A DNA stretch of 64,000 nt, from the NCBI GenBank assembly GCA_040768985.1, contig JAXGLX010000002.1:4298602-4362601 (forward strand), in the 5' to 3' direction. Within the stretch, counting starts at the first letter, position 1, and each line of letters begins with the position of its first letter. Shown piece after piece: positions 61,325 to 64,000 of the stretch. Source of the stretch: Acidobacteriota bacterium (GTDB taxonomy: Bacteria; Acidobacteriota; JAAYUB01). A program made the translations under genes and the position numbers. The notes under the pieces were generated by a model. That model was not told the DNA's origin. It saw only the letters and a list, made by a program, of their open reading frames with translations, and ran no database searches.

Positions 61325-62191
61325 GTGAAACAGCTCATCGTGAACGCGGACGATTTCGGTGCCAACGCGGGCGTCAACCGCGGCGTCCTGGCGGCGTACC
61401 AGGCCGGCGGGTTGTCCAGCGCCACGCTCATGGCCGCGGGGGAGGCGTTTGCCGAGGCGGCGGCCATGGCCCGCGCCACGCCCGGACTCGGCGTCGGCGT
61501 CCACCTGGTGCTGGCCGGCGGGCTGCCGCCGACTGCCGCGCCGGCCGATGTGCCGACACTGGTGAGCGCGGACGGGCGACTCTGGCCGGACCTGGGGACG
61601 TTCGCCCGCCGCTGGGCCACCGGCCGGATCGATCCGGCCGACGTGGAGGTCGAGGTTGACGCCCAGCTCGACCGCGTCCGCGACGCCGGCATTACGCCCA
61701 CCCACGTGGACGCCCACAAGCACGTGTTCGTGATCCCCGGCGTGATGCGCCGCGTGGCGGCCGCCTGCCGCCGCCGTGACATCGGGGCCGTGCGCAATCC
61801 GTTCGACGCCGATCCGCTGGCGCCGGGCCTGGCGCCGCCGGGACGGCGCCGCCGCCGGCTGCTGCAGTGGCTGTTCGGCCGGTCCGTGCGGCTGGCCCGG
61901 CCGGGCTGGCGGCGGGCGGCGGCCGGCCTGTGGGCACCCGATCGGTTTTACGGTGTGGCCGCGACCGGGCTCTGGACGGCCGGCTACCTGGAACGGATCG
62001 TCGCCGGGCTGACGGCGGGCTGCGCCGAACTGATGACGCATCCCGGCGTGCTGGACGAGTCGCTGCGCGCCAGCCGGACCCGGCTCAAGGAGTCCCGCCA
62101 GGCGGAGCTTGACCTGCTGTGCCGCGTGCTGCCGCCGCTCCTGACGCGCCACGGGGCGACCCTGCGCGCGTTCACGAAACCGGACGCGTAG
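61325..62191 (+). CDS. YdjC/ChbG/HpnK family deacetylase
   Basis: LIVNADDFG, SATLM, GVHL, THVDAHKH, ELMTHPG. Confidence 0.88.
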   Translation: MKQLIVNADDFGANAGVNRGVLAAYQAGGLSSATLMAAGEAFAEAAAMARATPGLGVGVHLVLAGGLPPTAAPADVPTLVSADGRLWPDLGTFARRWATGRIDPADVEVEVDAQLDRVRDAGITPTHVDAHKHVFVIPGVMRRVAAACRRRDIGAVRNPFDADPLAPGLAPPGRRRRRLLQWLFGRSVRLARPGWRRAAAGLWAPDRFYGVAATGLWTAGYLERIVAGLTAGCAELMTHPGVLDESLRASRTRLKESRQAELDLLCRVLPPLLTRHGATLRAFTKPDA

Positions 62192-62316
62192 ATGCCGCCC
62201 GCGCGGCGTGTTCGCGCGCGGTTCCGCGTCCGGCGGGTGGTTCCGTCGGCGACCCATCATTCCCTGGTGCATCGAGAGCGTGACGGACGGCGTACGGATC
62301 CCGCCCGGGCGCGACG

Positions 62317-62685
62317 TCAGACCAGGCGGCCGTCGGGGGCGCGCAGGTCGATGAAACCCTGGCGCTTGAGATGATGAATGAACGCGGCCAGGCGCTCCGG
62401 GGCGGGCCGGACTTCGTCGCCGAACCGCGCCACCAGATCCTCGGCGATCCGGCCCACGGTCCGGTTGCCGTCGCAGCGGCCCCAAACGAAGGACCCGATG
62501 GCGTCGAGCTTCACCTGGACGTTGGGCTTGCGGCGCCGCGGCAGGAACAGCCGCCGGGCCCACTCCGACTTGAAGCGGGGCACCTCGAGGGCCACCAGCT
62601 CCCCCTCCAGATTGATATGCCCCAGCCGCCGCAGCGGCACCAGCTCCATGAGATTGAATTCGGCGTGCGTGCGTTTCTTGGCCAT
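62317..62685 (-). CDS. PqqD family (RRE-like) protein
   Basis: LDAIGSFVWGRCDGNRTVGRIAEDLVARFG...F...L...GFI. Confidence 0.78.
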   Translation of the reverse strand: MAKKRTHAEFNLMELVPLRRLGHINLEGELVALEVPRFKSEWARRLFLPRRRKPNVQVKLDAIGSFVWGRCDGNRTVGRIAEDLVARFGDEVRPAPERLAAFIHHLKRQGFIDLRAPDGRLV

Positions 62686-62776
62686 CGTGTCCTGCCCGTC
62701 TCTGGGTAATTTCGCCAACGCGCCATTTCACCACAAAGCCGCCGGGAACTCAAAGGGAATGGGCGGCCGACCGGCG

Positions 62777-62808
62777 AAAAAAAACGGGCGGGACACGCGT
62801 CCCGCCCG
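62777..62808 (-). terminator. Intrinsic terminator after the OPT gene
   Basis: cgggcgggac-gcgt-gtcccgcccg followed by a T8 tract on the minus strand. Confidence 0.8.
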
Positions 62809-62833
62809 GATCGGATCGACAGGGAAACAGCGG

Positions 62834-64000
62834 CTACATCACCCGCGGCGGCGCCGGCTCATCGGGGCTGCCGGCGTTGCCCACCGGGACCTTCACCAGG
62901 TACCAGCCCACGAACAGGAACACCAGCAGGGTGGGCAGGAACTGGAGCATGGAGCCGGATTGCTCGAAGATGAAGGGCACGTTGATCTCCATGACCGCCA
63001 GGAAAGCGAAGAACAGGCCGATGAGCGCCTCGCCGGCGATCAGGCCCGACGCCAGCAGCACGCCGGTGTTCTCCACCCGGGCCGACTGGGCTTCGTTGAG
63101 CTTCTTGCGGGCCACGACCTTGTCGGCGATCCCGCGGATCAGGCCGCCGAGGAAGATGGCGAAGGTGGTCTCCAGCGGCAGGTACATGCCGACACACACC
63201 AGCATCGGGCTCTTGACCCGCAGCAGGATGAACCCGACGGCCATGAGGATGCCGACGATGATGAGGGGCCAGGCCATGTCGCCGCCGACGATGCCCTGCG
63301 ACAGGATGGCCATCAGGCTGGCCTGGGGTGCGGGATAGTTGGCCCCGCCCAGGCCCGTGCCGCCCCGGGTGATGTCGCCCTGGTGGAGGATCCAGAGCGG
63401 GATGAACATGACGCCGGCGGAGAGGATCACGCCGAAGAAATCACCCACCTGCATCTTCCACGGCGTGCCGCCCAGGATGTGGCCGACTTTCAAGTCCTGC
63501 AGCATTTCACCGGCCACGGCGGCGGCGACGCAGATCACCGCGGCGACACCGAGCACGGCCGCCACGCCGGGTTCACCGCTGACGCCGAGCGCCACCATGA
63601 GCAGTGCGGCGACGATGAGCGTGGACAGGGTCAGGCCGCTGATCGGGTTGTTGCTGGAGCCGATGAGCCCCACCAGGTAGCCGGAGACCGCGGCGAAGAA
63701 GAAGCCGGCGATCACCATGACGATGGTGGCCACCAGGGCCGCGCCGACGTGACCGCTGAAGTAGTAGTAGATGAAGAACGTGGCGACGGAGGCGAGGATG
63801 ATGCCGATGAAGACCCACTTGAAGGGCATGTCCTTCTCGGTCCGATCCTCGGCGACGCCGCCGGTGGCCGCCTTGCGCACGTCGCGGATGGCGCGCCCCA
63901 GACCAGCGGCCAGACTGTTGCGCATGCGGTACAGGGTGAAGGCGGCGCTCATGAGCATGCCGCCGATGGCGATGGGCCGGACGACCTTGGACCAGACGCT
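62834..64000 (-). CDS. OPT family oligopeptide transporter, 5' end outside the window
   Basis: GSSNNPISG, LQDLKVGHILGGTPWKMQ, APQA, GMYLP, LASGLIAGE. Confidence 0.92.
   Translation of the reverse strand, partial: SVWSKVVRPIAIGGMLMSAAFTLYRMRNSLAAGLGRAIRDVRKAATGGVAEDRTEKDMPFKWVFIGIILASVATFFIYYYFSGHVGAALVATIVMVIAGFFFAAVSGYLVGLIGSSNNPISGLTLSTLIVAALLMVALGVSGEPGVAAVLGVAAVICVAAAVAGEMLQDLKVGHILGGTPWKMQVGDFFGVILSAGVMFIPLWILHQGDITRGGTGLGGANYPAPQASLMAILSQGIVGGDMAWPLIIVGILMAVGFILLRVKSPMLVCVGMYLPLETTFAIFLGGLIRGIADKVVARKKLNEAQSARVENTGVLLASGLIAGEALIGLFFAFLAVMEINVPFIFEQSGSMLQFLPTLLVFLFVGWYLVKVPVGNAGSPDEPAPPRVM

Overview
High-GC bacterial chromosome segment. The ribosomal-protein signatures and the 'LxSWKEIAxxLxxxVRTAQRW' HTH family are reminiscent of Acidobacteriota, but this is inference only. 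Left to right: partial aminotransferase, ptb-buk, a DUF2314-like lipoprotein and mgtE; the complete S10-spc-alpha ribosomal superoperon (rpsJ to rplQ) with its own promoter and no upstream tuf; Hsp20, an orphan hypD and an FGE-domain lipoprotein; a repeat-bounded accessory cassette (about 24.2-30.2 kb) with two divergent HTH-TM-FG-GAP putative one-component membrane sensors, one fused to an alpha/beta hydrolase; rsmB-fmt-def; an AT-rich spacer; a DHH phosphoesterase, an SDR and two tandem PTPS/QueD genes; rlmN; a divergent TonB receptor / metal ABC transporter locus with two NikR-type boxes; a self-contained five-gene DUF4388/Roadblock/Cache-HAMP operon with no kinase, cyclase or GTPase output; pyrK and a Cys-CcmE (System I*) cytochrome c maturation cluster; YeeE; a class II RNR with tandem NrdR boxes; YdjC, a PqqD-like protein and a partial OPT transporter. 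The best candidates for an undescribed system are the DUF4388/Roadblock/Cache-HAMP operon and the HTH-TM-FG-GAP sensor cassette. No rRNA, tRNA, CRISPR array or transposase was seen. All family calls come from motif recognition by eye, not from database searches.
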